A DNA stretch of 34,902 nucleotides from Oligoflexales bacterium. Its GTDB lineage: Bacteria; Bdellovibrionota_B; Oligoflexia; Oligoflexales; RGVZ01. Position numbers and translations under genes: made by a program. Location of the stretch: positions 1 to 34,902 of the forward strand of contig JBIIGV010000015.1 of the NCBI GenBank assembly GCA_044236265.1. The letters are read 5' to 3'. Below the pieces are notes generated by a model. That model was not told where the DNA came from, searched no databases, and saw nothing but the letters and a program-made list of their open reading frames with translations. Positions 17,950 to 27,065 of the stretch are shown piece after piece. Position 1 is the stretch's first letter, and each line of letters starts with the position of its first letter.

Positions 17950-19016
17950 TCTTAATACTTTTGCCACTACTCCTGGCGTACGAGGCTCTTGCTCTCGAAT
18001 ACGGCCAGACAAATATTAGAACTCTTGAAGGCACCGGACTTTATAAGAATTTTCGCGGTCAGGTGATCTCTGATGATGTTCGGCCCTATGAACCGCGATT
18101 CGGTCTATTTTCTAACGTTATGCAAAAGCGTCGGTTTGTTTTCCTGCCTGAAGGTCAGCCAATTGTCGCGATGGACTTAGAGTTATGGCGCTATCCCAAC
18201 GGGACAAAAATTTGGAAAGAATTCTCTGTTCAACTGGGGGCTGATTCAATACCTATTGAGACTCGGTATATGGAAAAGCAAGATGGCGCATGGAGGTTTG
18301 GAACATACGTCTGGAACGCTGCTGGGGACAATGCAGACCTTTGGAACAACGAAAGTGGGAGCTTACCGATCGACATCGATCTCCCTGGCATGAGTGGTGT
18401 GTCGCATGCTGTGCCCTCATATAGCCAGTGCGTTTTGTGTCATGATCAAGAAAGCAGATCTACTTCTTTTAAAAGCGGCGAACCCGTGCTCGGTTTTACA
18501 AGTTTTCAATTGCCTCGTGCGTTCATAGAGGGACTTTATGCGAGTCAAACGTTATCTGGTCCAACAATTCCTTGGCAGCGGCATCGAACCTTTGCAGTTG
18601 ATGAAAATGAACGTGATGTCATTGGTTATCTGCACGCTAATTGCGGCCACTGCCATAACCAGCGCCGCACTACCATGATCCCTGGCGCAGCAGATGACTT
18701 TTTACGGCTCAATTACAGCCTTGAAACCCACTCCAATCGCAATGCGATGCATGTGATTCAGCAAATTGGGCGACCCGTGGTCAATCGAAATGTTGGTCTA
18801 CCAAACGTGGACGCCTCGACCAGGGTGATTGCGCCGGGAGATATCGACAAAAGCATGATTTATCTGCGTATGAAGCGCACGCAGGGTGTTTTTAAAATGC
18901 CTTTGCTTGGTATCAATGAGGCTGACCATGATTTTATTGATGGTCTATTTAGGCGCTGGGTACAACGTCTAACGCCTCGATCAAGCCTTAAAAATAAAAA
19001 TCCTTCCCAAAAATAA
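17940..19016 (+). CDS. Diheme c-type cytochrome, SO2930/HNE_0200-like family
   Basis: Signal peptide and two heme motifs (CVLCH, CGHCH). Family blocks LFSN..KRRF..LP, YPNGT...KEF, IETR, YVWN, YLHANC, IAPGD..KS....RM, MP. Confidence 0.8.
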   Translation: MRLILILLPLLLAYEALALEYGQTNIRTLEGTGLYKNFRGQVISDDVRPYEPRFGLFSNVMQKRRFVFLPEGQPIVAMDLELWRYPNGTKIWKEFSVQLGADSIPIETRYMEKQDGAWRFGTYVWNAAGDNADLWNNESGSLPIDIDLPGMSGVSHAVPSYSQCVLCHDQESRSTSFKSGEPVLGFTSFQLPRAFIEGLYASQTLSGPTIPWQRHRTFAVDENERDVIGYLHANCGHCHNQRRTTMIPGAADDFLRLNYSLETHSNRNAMHVIQQIGRPVVNRNVGLPNVDASTRVIAPGDIDKSMIYLRMKRTQGVFKMPLLGINEADHDFIDGLFRRWVQRLTPRSSLKNKNPSQK

Positions 19017-19260
19017 CCACGCCGAACACTGACGCAATGCAACCGACTTTTCCTTACTTATTGGGGATACTGTCAAGATTTTGTGAACTCGTTGCATTAC
19101 TGAGCCGGATTCATTTCGCGTCGATTGAGGAAATGACGCTGCAATTCCAGCCAACTCAAGAGTGAGTTCGGCTCACTCAGTCCCATAAATTTAATGCCAT
19201 CTACCTGAATTCCTGTTGTTAGAGGTCCCGCCGCCTTCTGGAAGGCATCGGGGGGAGGAG

Positions 19261-19287
19261 TGGTTCGAATACTGCTTGCAATGGCGG
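19261..19287 (+). repeat. Right attachment junction of island (attP arm TGGTTCGAATA + core AATGGCGG)
   Basis: Inverted partner of 13009-13019. The core overlaps the tRNA 3' end. Confidence 0.8.
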
Positions 19288-19356
19288 TCCCGGCAGGAAT
19301 CGAACCTGCAACTACACCTTCGGAGGGTGCCATGAGATCCATTTCACCACGGGACC
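19282..19356 (-). tRNA. tRNA-Arg(CCG)
   Basis: GGTCCCG/CGGGACC acceptor stem; anticodon arm GCACC-CTCCGAA-GGTGT; T-arm GCAGG-TTCGATT-CCTGC; encoded CCA; 75 nt. Confidence 0.96.
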
Positions 19357-19374
19357 ATCGTTGCTAGGTCGACA

Positions 19375-19403
19375 GATTTAGCAACAAACGAGACAACGCA
19401 CAA
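19375..19403 (-). promoter_or_regulatory. Possible sigma70-type promoter for the tRNA
   Basis: On the minus strand TTGTGC-N17-TAAATC with a TG extended -10, just upstream of the tRNA. The -10 match is imperfect. Confidence 0.3.
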
Positions 19404-19468
19404 GCGGCGTCCTTGAGAATTGACCAGAACCGGTAAAATTACTGTAATTTCAGCATTCTCTTGTGAAG

Positions 19469-20467
19469 CTAACGATCGTCGACGCGGCCAGTTCGTTTGA
19501 GAATGTAAATAAACCCCGCAGAAACTAAAATGACCATAATTAAAAGAATCACTAAAGCGCGGTCCTCAGTCTGATCCCTTGGTGCTTTAACCTCTGGATC
19601 CAGACGACTCGTGGACACTTGCCACGGAAATTCAGAGCGCAATGAATAGAGCGCGCTTTGACAGTCGGTACAAATCCCGCGAGATTGCAAAACTGCTTCA
19701 AGGTCTTCATCTGTAGCCATCGCTAAAGCCGACAAAGCAAATGTATCACCTTGGGCTAATAGCTTGTCGCGCTCAGCTGAATCTCCAAAAGACTTGTGAT
19801 CATTAAAACGAAAGCTAGCAACATAGAATGCCACAGACCAAAGCTCATCGACTGTCAGCACATCCAACAACGATGTCATTTCTCCATCATCTGTACCATG
19901 AATCATGACTGCGTAGATCCCAAAAGGGAACTGAGTGCTAGATCGATCGCTACGATTAAATGAGGGCGGAATCCGCTTCAATTTTCCAGCTAGTTTCCCT
20001 TGGCCACTCATTTCGTCACCGTGACAGCTCGCACAGTAATCTTTGTACACTTTCTGTCCGAGAGTTTTATCAGGTTGCACCACGGGAGCTGAGGCCTCCG
20101 CAAACTCAACAAAAAGTGATCTCAAAAACCCTTTCATCTCTGATTGAGCTTGCTGAACATCAGCTGAATCAACTTTTCCCTGAATTAACTTCAGTCTTTT
20201 TGAAAAACCAAGATCCTTGTCTGTGACTGAAATTTCAATAACATCTGCATGAACCAAAGCATCGTTTAGCGCTGTTTTTGCACAAGCGAGGTCCACCGGT
20301 TTAAATCCAAGGCAACCTGATGCACGATATGTGTCAGAAAAAACGCCCCAAAAAGCCGACCGTCGACGAGCTTTCTCTTCCTTGCTAGGACGAGCGACGC
20401 CCTCTATCGGAAGGAAAAAAGTTACGACAAACCACAGAACAATCTGTTTTTGCCAGTAGCAAAACAT
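19469..20467 (-). CDS. Monoheme cytochrome c with C-terminal membrane anchor
   Basis: Signal peptide; YKDYCASCHG; distal Met region 'GTDDGEM...LTVDELWSVAFYV'; hydrophobic C-terminal helix. Confidence 0.8.
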   Translation of the reverse strand: MFCYWQKQIVLWFVVTFFLPIEGVARPSKEEKARRRSAFWGVFSDTYRASGCLGFKPVDLACAKTALNDALVHADVIEISVTDKDLGFSKRLKLIQGKVDSADVQQAQSEMKGFLRSLFVEFAEASAPVVQPDKTLGQKVYKDYCASCHGDEMSGQGKLAGKLKRIPPSFNRSDRSSTQFPFGIYAVMIHGTDDGEMTSLLDVLTVDELWSVAFYVASFRFNDHKSFGDSAERDKLLAQGDTFALSALAMATDEDLEAVLQSRGICTDCQSALYSLRSEFPWQVSTSRLDPEVKAPRDQTEDRALVILLIMVILVSAGFIYILKRTGRVDDR

Positions 20468-20499
20468 GAACTAGCTTAGCCCTCCGCTATTTTTGGCAA

Positions 20500-21987
20500 T
20501 TACATCAGCGGAGCAAAGAGTCTCATAATTCGCCTAAAAAGCAAACGAGCAACACGCTTAGGCGAGACATCATCCGGACTAAGGGGAACGCAATGTTTAG
20601 AGACCCCCTCCAAAATCTCGCTAATCTGAGCCGCAAGAGCGCGATCTCTCATCAGCAGATCTGTTTCGAAATTCAGGAAAAAACTCCGATAATCCAAGTT
20701 ACTCGACCCTGCCAGTATCAGATCATCGTCAGCCAACAAAAGCTTCCCATGACAAACACCTGGCACGTATCGCTGGAGGTCAACACCATACCGATGAAGC
20801 TCCCCAAAGTAAGAATGAGCACATAAGTCCGTAATTGGATGATTTGAGTGTTTTGGAACAATAACGCGCACGTGGACACCCCTAGCGACCGCCATCCGCA
20901 TAGCATGAAGAAGCTCCTTATCAGGAACAAAATAAGGCGTCATAATCCAAACGCGTCGCCTAGCCTCATGAAGCACTCCGATAAAGGTCGAATAGAAGGG
21001 AGCATTATTTTCCGACGGTCCACTTGGAATAATCTGCAAAAGATTCTTTGAGTCAGTCTTTGGAGGGGACTTCTCAACGTGGCGTTCAAGATAATCAGCG
21101 GGAATCGTCTTTCCAGTTGTAAAATGCCAGTCTTCCGCAAAAATTGCGGTCAAATCTCCAATCACGCTCCCCCTAACCCGAAAGATCAGATCAAACCATT
21201 TTGGACGTTCCGGGTCGGGGCCCTCCAGATACATTTGGCCGACGTTGAAGCCGCCAGTAAAGGCTATTCGCCCATCGACAACGATGAGCTTACGGTGGTT
21301 ACGCCAGTTAATCTGAAATCGTCTTTTAATGGGATGTACCTCCAGGAACCGATTGATTTCAATTCCTTTATCCCGATACTTTTTAATCAAACTGGTCTTT
21401 AGACGGTGGGACCCCAAGGCATCAAACAAAACATAAACTTTGACTCCCGCCTTCGACTTTTCAGCAAGCAAATCCAAAAACTGAACACCGACTGTGTCGA
21501 CTTGAATCTGATAAAACTGAATCAGGATAAATTCTCTTGCACTCTGGATCGCAGCTTTGGCAGCTCCAAAGGCACTCGTACTGTTGACAAGAATTTCCGC
21601 CTCGTTACCTGTTTGAATCGCTGAGCCATGCAGCATGGATACCCACAATGCAGTCCGATCAAATCCTGAAAAATCATGAGATCTTAGCGCCATATCATTG
21701 CTGTGGATAATCTGTTCGCGCGGCAATCTAACCCGGCGAAGACCCGCCAGGTGTTTTGATGCACGCTTTCGGGCTGCATATTGCTCAAAAGGATTAATTC
21801 CAAAACCGACATAGCAAATGGCCGTCAAAAGGGGAAAAGTAGAAACACCAAGAAGCCAGCTCAAACAAACCACTGGCTCCTGCTTTTTGAGCAGAATATG
21901 AGCGGCTAAGATAAAACTTAGGCCTAGGATTGCAAGGTCACTAAACTCAGCTAAATTACTTTGAAATTTAAGATCAAATAGATCCAT
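20500..21987 (-). CDS. cls: Cardiolipin synthase
   Basis: Two N-terminal TM helices; two HKD motifs (NHRKLIVVDG, CHGKLLLADD); TPYFVP; GSSNLDYRS. Confidence 0.95.
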   Translation of the reverse strand: MDLFDLKFQSNLAEFSDLAILGLSFILAAHILLKKQEPVVCLSWLLGVSTFPLLTAICYVGFGINPFEQYAARKRASKHLAGLRRVRLPREQIIHSNDMALRSHDFSGFDRTALWVSMLHGSAIQTGNEAEILVNSTSAFGAAKAAIQSAREFILIQFYQIQVDTVGVQFLDLLAEKSKAGVKVYVLFDALGSHRLKTSLIKKYRDKGIEINRFLEVHPIKRRFQINWRNHRKLIVVDGRIAFTGGFNVGQMYLEGPDPERPKWFDLIFRVRGSVIGDLTAIFAEDWHFTTGKTIPADYLERHVEKSPPKTDSKNLLQIIPSGPSENNAPFYSTFIGVLHEARRRVWIMTPYFVPDKELLHAMRMAVARGVHVRVIVPKHSNHPITDLCAHSYFGELHRYGVDLQRYVPGVCHGKLLLADDDLILAGSSNLDYRSFFLNFETDLLMRDRALAAQISEILEGVSKHCVPLSPDDVSPKRVARLLFRRIMRLFAPLM

Positions 21988-22120
21988 TAAGCGCCCCAGC
22001 GAGGTCTCGTCATTTTTGCGTCCGTGACGCCTAAATCATTGGCAATACTAAAGAAATTCTATATGTGTTAAATTATAAGCGGGAACGCGCTGTACCACAA
22101 ACCGCGGAGACTCTAATTTT

Positions 22121-24271
22121 ATGACCCAAGAACAAAAACAACCCATCGATGCCTGGGCAAAACTAGCTTCTAAAGAGCTTCGGGTGGATAATGTTGATTC
22201 CTTAAACAAAAAAACGCCTGAAGGCGTTACCATCAGCCCCCTCTACTCCAAAGAGCATCTGACAGAGCTGTCAGATTTCACAAACACTCTTCCGGGCCTT
22301 GCTCCGTTTACGCGCGGACCGCGAGCCACGATGTACACCCATCGACCCTGGACTATCAGACAATATGCTGGCTTCAGTACTGCAGAGGAGAGTAACGCAT
22401 TCTATCGACGCAATCTCGCTGCTGGTCAAAAGGGCCTTAGCGTTGCGTTTGATCTTGCAACGCATCGCGGTTACGACTCCGACCATCCCCGTGTTCGCGG
22501 CGACGTCGGAAAGGCGGGAGTTGCCATTGACTCCGTTGAAGATATGAAAATTCTTTTTAACGGAATCCCGCTTGATGAAATGAGTGTGAGCATGACCATG
22601 AACGGCGCTGTTTTGCCGATCATGGCTTTCTACATTGTAGCAGCAGAGGAACAAGGGGTTCCGGCCTCAAAACTGTCTGGCACCATTCAAAACGATATCT
22701 TGAAAGAATACATGGTACGAAACACGTACATCTACCCACCAGAACCAAGTATGCGCATAGTTGGGGATGTCATCGAGTACACATCACGACACATGCCAAA
22801 GTTTAACAGCATTAGTATCAGTGGCTATCACATGCAAGAAGCAGGCGCAGACAGCGCCCTTGAGCTTGCCTATACAATCGCTGACGGAATTGAATACGTA
22901 AAAACTGCCCTGGCAAGAGGCCTTGATATCGACGATTTCGCACCACGACTATCGTTCTTTTTTGCGATTGGAATGAATTTCTATATGGAAATCGCCAAAC
23001 TTCGTGCGGCAAGATTTCTGTGGCACGATGTCATGAAACAATTCAAACCAAAAAATCCTCAGTCCATGATGCTGCGAACCCACTGTCAGACCTCCGGATA
23101 TTCACTGACCGAACAAGATCCGTACAATAACGTCATACGTACAACGATTGAGGCTATGGCTGCCGTCTTCGGAGGAACACAGTCACTGCACACAAACGCG
23201 TTGGATGAAGCCATTGCACTCCCGTCTGAATTTTCAGCACGAATCGCCCGCAATACACAATTGATCATTCAAGAAGAAACTGACATCTGCCACACAGTTG
23301 ACCCGTTTGGTGGTAGTTTTTTCATGGAGCGACTCACTCACGATCTCGTCGCCCGCGCAAAAGAATTGATGAAAGAAGTACAAGACAGCGGGGGTATGGT
23401 ACAAGCGATCAACAAAGGAATTCCAAAACTTCGCATCGAAGAGAGTGCAGCAAAAAAGCAGGCTCGAATCGACAGTGGAGCTGATGTCATCATCGGCGTC
23501 AATAAATACCAGGCCCATCAAAGCCAAGGCGACCTGCAAGTCCGGGACGTTGATAATACGTCTGTCAGGGAATCACAGATCAAACGCCTTGAAGAGGTGC
23601 GCAAATCACGTGATGAAAAATCCGTGCGCAGAGCTCTCGATCAGTTGAGGGAATTGGCACAATCAGGCACCGGCAACCTTCTTGAGCAATCAGTGATCGC
23701 AGCTAAAGCTAGAGCAACACTCGGTGAAATCAGTGAAACACTTGCTGAAGTCTTCGGTCGCCATAAGGCAACCATCCAAACAATTAGCGCCGTCTACTCG
23801 TCAGCTTTTGGGGGACAAGACGTGATTGAAAAAATCCGCAAACGCACTGCATTATTTGCTCAAAAATCCGGCCGACGTCCCAGAATTCTCGTCTGCAAGC
23901 TTGGCCAGGATGGACATGACCGCGGGGCAAAAGTCATCGCTACCGGACTTGCTGATCTTGGGTTTGACGTTGATATTGGGCCGATGTTTCAAACTCCGGA
24001 AGAGGCCGCAAAAGAAGCGATTGAAAACGACGTGCACGTGGTGGGCATCTCAAGCCAAGCGGCTGGTCATAAGACACTAGTTCCAGAGTTAATCGGAGCG
24101 CTGCGAAAAAACGGCGGTGAGCGAATCAAGGTTGTTGTCGGGGGTATTATTCCAACTCAGGACTATGAATTTCTCACAGCAGCAGGATGTTCTGCTATAT
24201 TCGGCCCCGGGACTCCCATACCTCAGTGTGCTGAGAGTATTTTGGATTTTCTGGAGAAAGGCTTGAAGTGA
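22121..24271 (+). CDS. scpA: Methylmalonyl-CoA mutase (adenosylcobalamin-dependent)
   Basis: [33 protein letters not shown], and the B12-binding motif GQDGHDRG. Confidence 0.97.
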   Translation: MTQEQKQPIDAWAKLASKELRVDNVDSLNKKTPEGVTISPLYSKEHLTELSDFTNTLPGLAPFTRGPRATMYTHRPWTIRQYAGFSTAEESNAFYRRNLAAGQKGLSVAFDLATHRGYDSDHPRVRGDVGKAGVAIDSVEDMKILFNGIPLDEMSVSMTMNGAVLPIMAFYIVAAEEQGVPASKLSGTIQNDILKEYMVRNTYIYPPEPSMRIVGDVIEYTSRHMPKFNSISISGYHMQEAGADSALELAYTIADGIEYVKTALARGLDIDDFAPRLSFFFAIGMNFYMEIAKLRAARFLWHDVMKQFKPKNPQSMMLRTHCQTSGYSLTEQDPYNNVIRTTIEAMAAVFGGTQSLHTNALDEAIALPSEFSARIARNTQLIIQEETDICHTVDPFGGSFFMERLTHDLVARAKELMKEVQDSGGMVQAINKGIPKLRIEESAAKKQARIDSGADVIIGVNKYQAHQSQGDLQVRDVDNTSVRESQIKRLEEVRKSRDEKSVRRALDQLRELAQSGTGNLLEQSVIAAKARATLGEISETLAEVFGRHKATIQTISAVYSSAFGGQDVIEKIRKRTALFAQKSGRRPRILVCKLGQDGHDRGAKVIATGLADLGFDVDIGPMFQTPEEAAKEAIENDVHVVGISSQAAGHKTLVPELIGALRKNGGERIKVVVGGIIPTQDYEFLTAAGCSAIFGPGTPIPQCAESILDFLEKGLK

Positions 24272-25248
24272 GGATCACGTCCGAGAAGTACATTCAGGAA
24301 ATCCAGTCTGGATCGCGACTTTGGCTTGCGCGCGCAATAACATTAACGGAAAGCACCCGTCCTGAACACCGAGCGGAGGCTGAAGAGATATTGGCGAAGT
24401 TACTGCCTACTTGCGGCAATTCACTGCGCATAGCCATCAGCGGACCACCCGGAGTCGGCAAAAGTAGCTTTATTGAGGCTCTAGGACTTTTTCTCGTCAA
24501 ATCAGGAAAGAAAATTGCCGTCTTGGCCATTGATCCATCTTCTCCCATTACGGGAGGAAGCATACTTGGTGATAAAACACGGATGGAGGAACTTGCGAAA
24601 TCTGATTTCTGCTTCATCCGACCATCGCCATCTTCGGGTGCATTAGGTGGTGTTGCACGCCACACGCGGGAGACGATCCTCCTTTGTGAAGCTGCTGGTT
24701 ATGAAGTTATCTTGATCGAAACCGTGGGCATCGGCCAATCTGAGATTATCGCAGCCAGCATGACTGATCTGTTTGTCCAACTTCATCAGCCCCTCAGTGG
24801 TGATGAGCTGCAAGGACTAAAAAAGGGAGTCATGGAACTTGCTGATTTAATCGTTGTAACCAAGGCCGATGGGGAAACCAAGCCAGCTGCAGAAATTGCA
24901 CGCAATGATCTTTTGCGTGCAGTCTCTCTAACTAGAACTGACGATTCAACACGCCCCGACGTGATACTTGTGAGCTCTCATAAAAGCCAAGGAATTGAAG
25001 AGGCTTGGAAACACATGGATAATCTAGCTGAACAAAGAAAGAAGCTTGGATTTTTCGAAACCAAACGAAAGCAGCAGACACGTGAATGGCTATCACAGGA
25101 AATTAGTAACGAATTGGAATCTCTACTTAATTCACACCCAAAATTCAATTCAACTTTACAGAGAACACGAGACGAGGTCGACCGCTCTGGTGAACATTGC
25201 GGCCGAGCAGCTAGAACTTTGATCAGGTCACTTCTTAAAACAACTTAA
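24268..25248 (+). CDS. meaB: Methylmalonyl-CoA mutase-associated GTPase MeaB
   Basis: [51 protein letters not shown] overlap with the mutase gene. Confidence 0.96.
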   Translation: MRITSEKYIQEIQSGSRLWLARAITLTESTRPEHRAEAEEILAKLLPTCGNSLRIAISGPPGVGKSSFIEALGLFLVKSGKKIAVLAIDPSSPITGGSILGDKTRMEELAKSDFCFIRPSPSSGALGGVARHTRETILLCEAAGYEVILIETVGIGQSEIIAASMTDLFVQLHQPLSGDELQGLKKGVMELADLIVVTKADGETKPAAEIARNDLLRAVSLTRTDDSTRPDVILVSSHKSQGIEEAWKHMDNLAEQRKKLGFFETKRKQQTREWLSQEISNELESLLNSHPKFNSTLQRTRDEVDRSGEHCGRAARTLIRSLLKTT

Positions 25249-25250
25249 AC

Positions 25251-26615
25251 CTATTTGTGCTCAATCATTTTCCAATAACTTTTCATCTCAAATCCTGGCG
25301 AATGTGGAGGAGTATGACACTCTGCACAGCTGGCGCGTGCATCTACCCGTGGGGATTGAGATGGATTCGACGCATGTTCCCTGCGGGGGCCATGACAGTT
25401 CTCACACTGTACATTAGAGAAGTTTGGACTCTTTTGTTCATTCACATAACCACCTTTGGCTGTGAATCCAACAACGTGACACTCGACACACCCTGAATCT
25501 TCGTGACGTTCTCTTTTCAGTAACGATGCCATGGCAGAGGAGTGCTTGGATTTCTTCCAAGAATCATAGGACGAGGCATGACAACTAGCGCATGCCTCAG
25601 CACCAATAAAACCAGACATCGGAAGATCCCTAACCCTCTGATCGGCTAAGAGTCTAAATTTTCTTCTGTTTGCCTCGCGAACATCGTCAAAAATCTTCGT
25701 TACACTCTCCGGAGCGCCATTTTCTTCACCTAATTTAAGCCAGTGAAGTGGCTGGATGCTGGTTAGTACCGTCAAACTAACCTTAGCAGCACTTTTATTC
25801 TCACCCGTTGCAGCAAGTGAAGAAGCCAGGGTCTTTGGCGGCGCCGTCAATTCGAGACCGCCTTGTCGTAAAAATCCACCGCCGCCATATGGCACAGACC
25901 AAGCGAGGAAGCGGTTTTTGTAACGCCGCGCCAGAGACTCTTCATCGCGCTGCTCTTGGTCACCCTTTTCAATACCGAGCTTAGTGGAGTTCGAGCTGAT
26001 GATGACCCCGAAAAATTTAGATTTCACAATTTTTTCAAGCTCTGCGTCACTTCCCGAGAAAATCAGAACTCGATTTTCATTATTTGTGATTTTTGATTGA
26101 GCTTTCCATTTCTTAAGAAGATCAGTATCGAATTGCCGTAAATTCTTATCAACGCGCCCAAGGTATCCAAAAATCTCTACACCATTCAGCCGTATAAGTT
26201 GGCTCAGATCACCAACCTTAGCATTATCGCTGACATTGGAGAGCACCCACTTCACATTTGGCAATTTTTCGCCGGATGAGAGAAGACCCCACTCAATTTC
26301 GTTGATTAATGATGCGTCTGGACTAAGACGCTCCAAAGCGCGAGATATCCCGTCCGCTTCCGTTTTATCTTTGATAACTTTTGGGAATAAATTACCTGAA
26401 TGAACAACAATGAGGTTAGGGTGCTCAGACCTGTATCGAATCAAAGACGCCGATATGCGTTTCAACCCGCCAACATCGGTTCGCGGATCACAGCCACATG
26501 GCTCCATGTGTCCCCGAAGGTCCCCAAAAGCCAGGACGGGGGCCGCAGAGGCTTTACCACCTAGCGCCAAGCTGACCACAACAAGCTGAAATATATAAGA
26601 AAATATACTGGTCAT
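25251..26615 (-). CDS. Secreted tetraheme c-type cytochrome (c554-like) fused to an N-terminal degenerate 5'-nucleotidase-like domain
   Basis: Signal peptide; N-terminal 'GDLRGHMEPCGC...GGLKR'; four heme motifs CASCH, CVECH, CENCH, CAECH. ATG 26615 preferred over TTG 26624. Confidence 0.85.
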   Translation of the reverse strand: MTSIFSYIFQLVVVSLALGGKASAAPVLAFGDLRGHMEPCGCDPRTDVGGLKRISASLIRYRSEHPNLIVVHSGNLFPKVIKDKTEADGISRALERLSPDASLINEIEWGLLSSGEKLPNVKWVLSNVSDNAKVGDLSQLIRLNGVEIFGYLGRVDKNLRQFDTDLLKKWKAQSKITNNENRVLIFSGSDAELEKIVKSKFFGVIISSNSTKLGIEKGDQEQRDEESLARRYKNRFLAWSVPYGGGGFLRQGGLELTAPPKTLASSLAATGENKSAAKVSLTVLTSIQPLHWLKLGEENGAPESVTKIFDDVREANRRKFRLLADQRVRDLPMSGFIGAEACASCHASSYDSWKKSKHSSAMASLLKRERHEDSGCVECHVVGFTAKGGYVNEQKSPNFSNVQCENCHGPRREHASNPSQSPRVDARASCAECHTPPHSPGFEMKSYWKMIEHK

Positions 26616-26690
26616 TGAAAACAATATCCAAACTGATTATCCATCTAGTATACGGTGTTCCACAAAGATGCGTTAGGGAGATTTTTAGCC

Positions 26691-27065
26691 ATGTCAAATT
26701 CTTTAACTCTGACAGCTAGTGCTATCGAAGCAACTCGCAAGTTGGTAGCTGATGAGCCAGAGTATTTTGGCAAACATCTTCGTGTCTATTTATCCGGCAA
26801 AGGTTGTGACGGTTTCGACTATGGGGTTACATTTGATCACGAAGACCCAACAGACGTTGTATTTCAAATTGAAAGTGATATTCGCTTGATTTGTGATCAA
26901 CGCAGCATGGAATTCGTCGCCGGAAGTTCCATCGACTGGGTGGACGATGAACGAGGCCGTGGATTTCTCGTAAATAATCCGAATCACAGAAAATTTAGAG
27001 GCAAGTTTTACAAAAAAGAAGTGTGGCGAAAAAAGCTAAGCGAATCTGCTAGCGAAACGCAATAA
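26691..27065 (+). CDS. HesB/IscA-like protein lacking the C-terminal CGC motif
   Basis: 'LTLTASA...LRVYLSGKGCDGFDY...GSSIDW...GFLVNNPN'. AGGGAG lies upstream of ATG 26691. Confidence 0.85.
   Translation: MSNSLTLTASAIEATRKLVADEPEYFGKHLRVYLSGKGCDGFDYGVTFDHEDPTDVVFQIESDIRLICDQRSMEFVAGSSIDWVDDERGRGFLVNNPNHRKFRGKFYKKEVWRKKLSESASETQ

Larger units (their letters stand above)
12987..19287. mobile_element. ~6.3 kb genomic island integrated at tRNA-Arg(CCG) 3' end; no integrase gene inside
   Basis: 8-bp direct-repeat core overlaps the tRNA CCA end, with 11-bp internal inverted arms. Contains a TA-like pair, gene fragments and a pseudogene. Removing it places the tRNA 8 nt from the bidirectional terminator. 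Confidence 0.8.

Noticed and set aside
19097..19342. 81-aa minus-strand ORF
   Set aside because: It starts inside the tRNA and crosses the att junction; no RBS or family features.
19282..19356. tRNA pseudogene (C at the usually-A position 21)
   Set aside because: All stems pair, and A20, the T-loop and CCA are intact; a single deviation is not enough.
19202..19381. C-terminal remnant of a serine recombinase reading through the right junction (GSNTACNGG)
   Set aside because: An in-frame TAG lies ~14 codons upstream and no recombinase motifs appear in the frames I checked.
26486..26510. Selenocysteine codon in the multiheme gene
   Set aside because: Both Cys codons of the CGC motif are TGT; there is no in-frame TGA.
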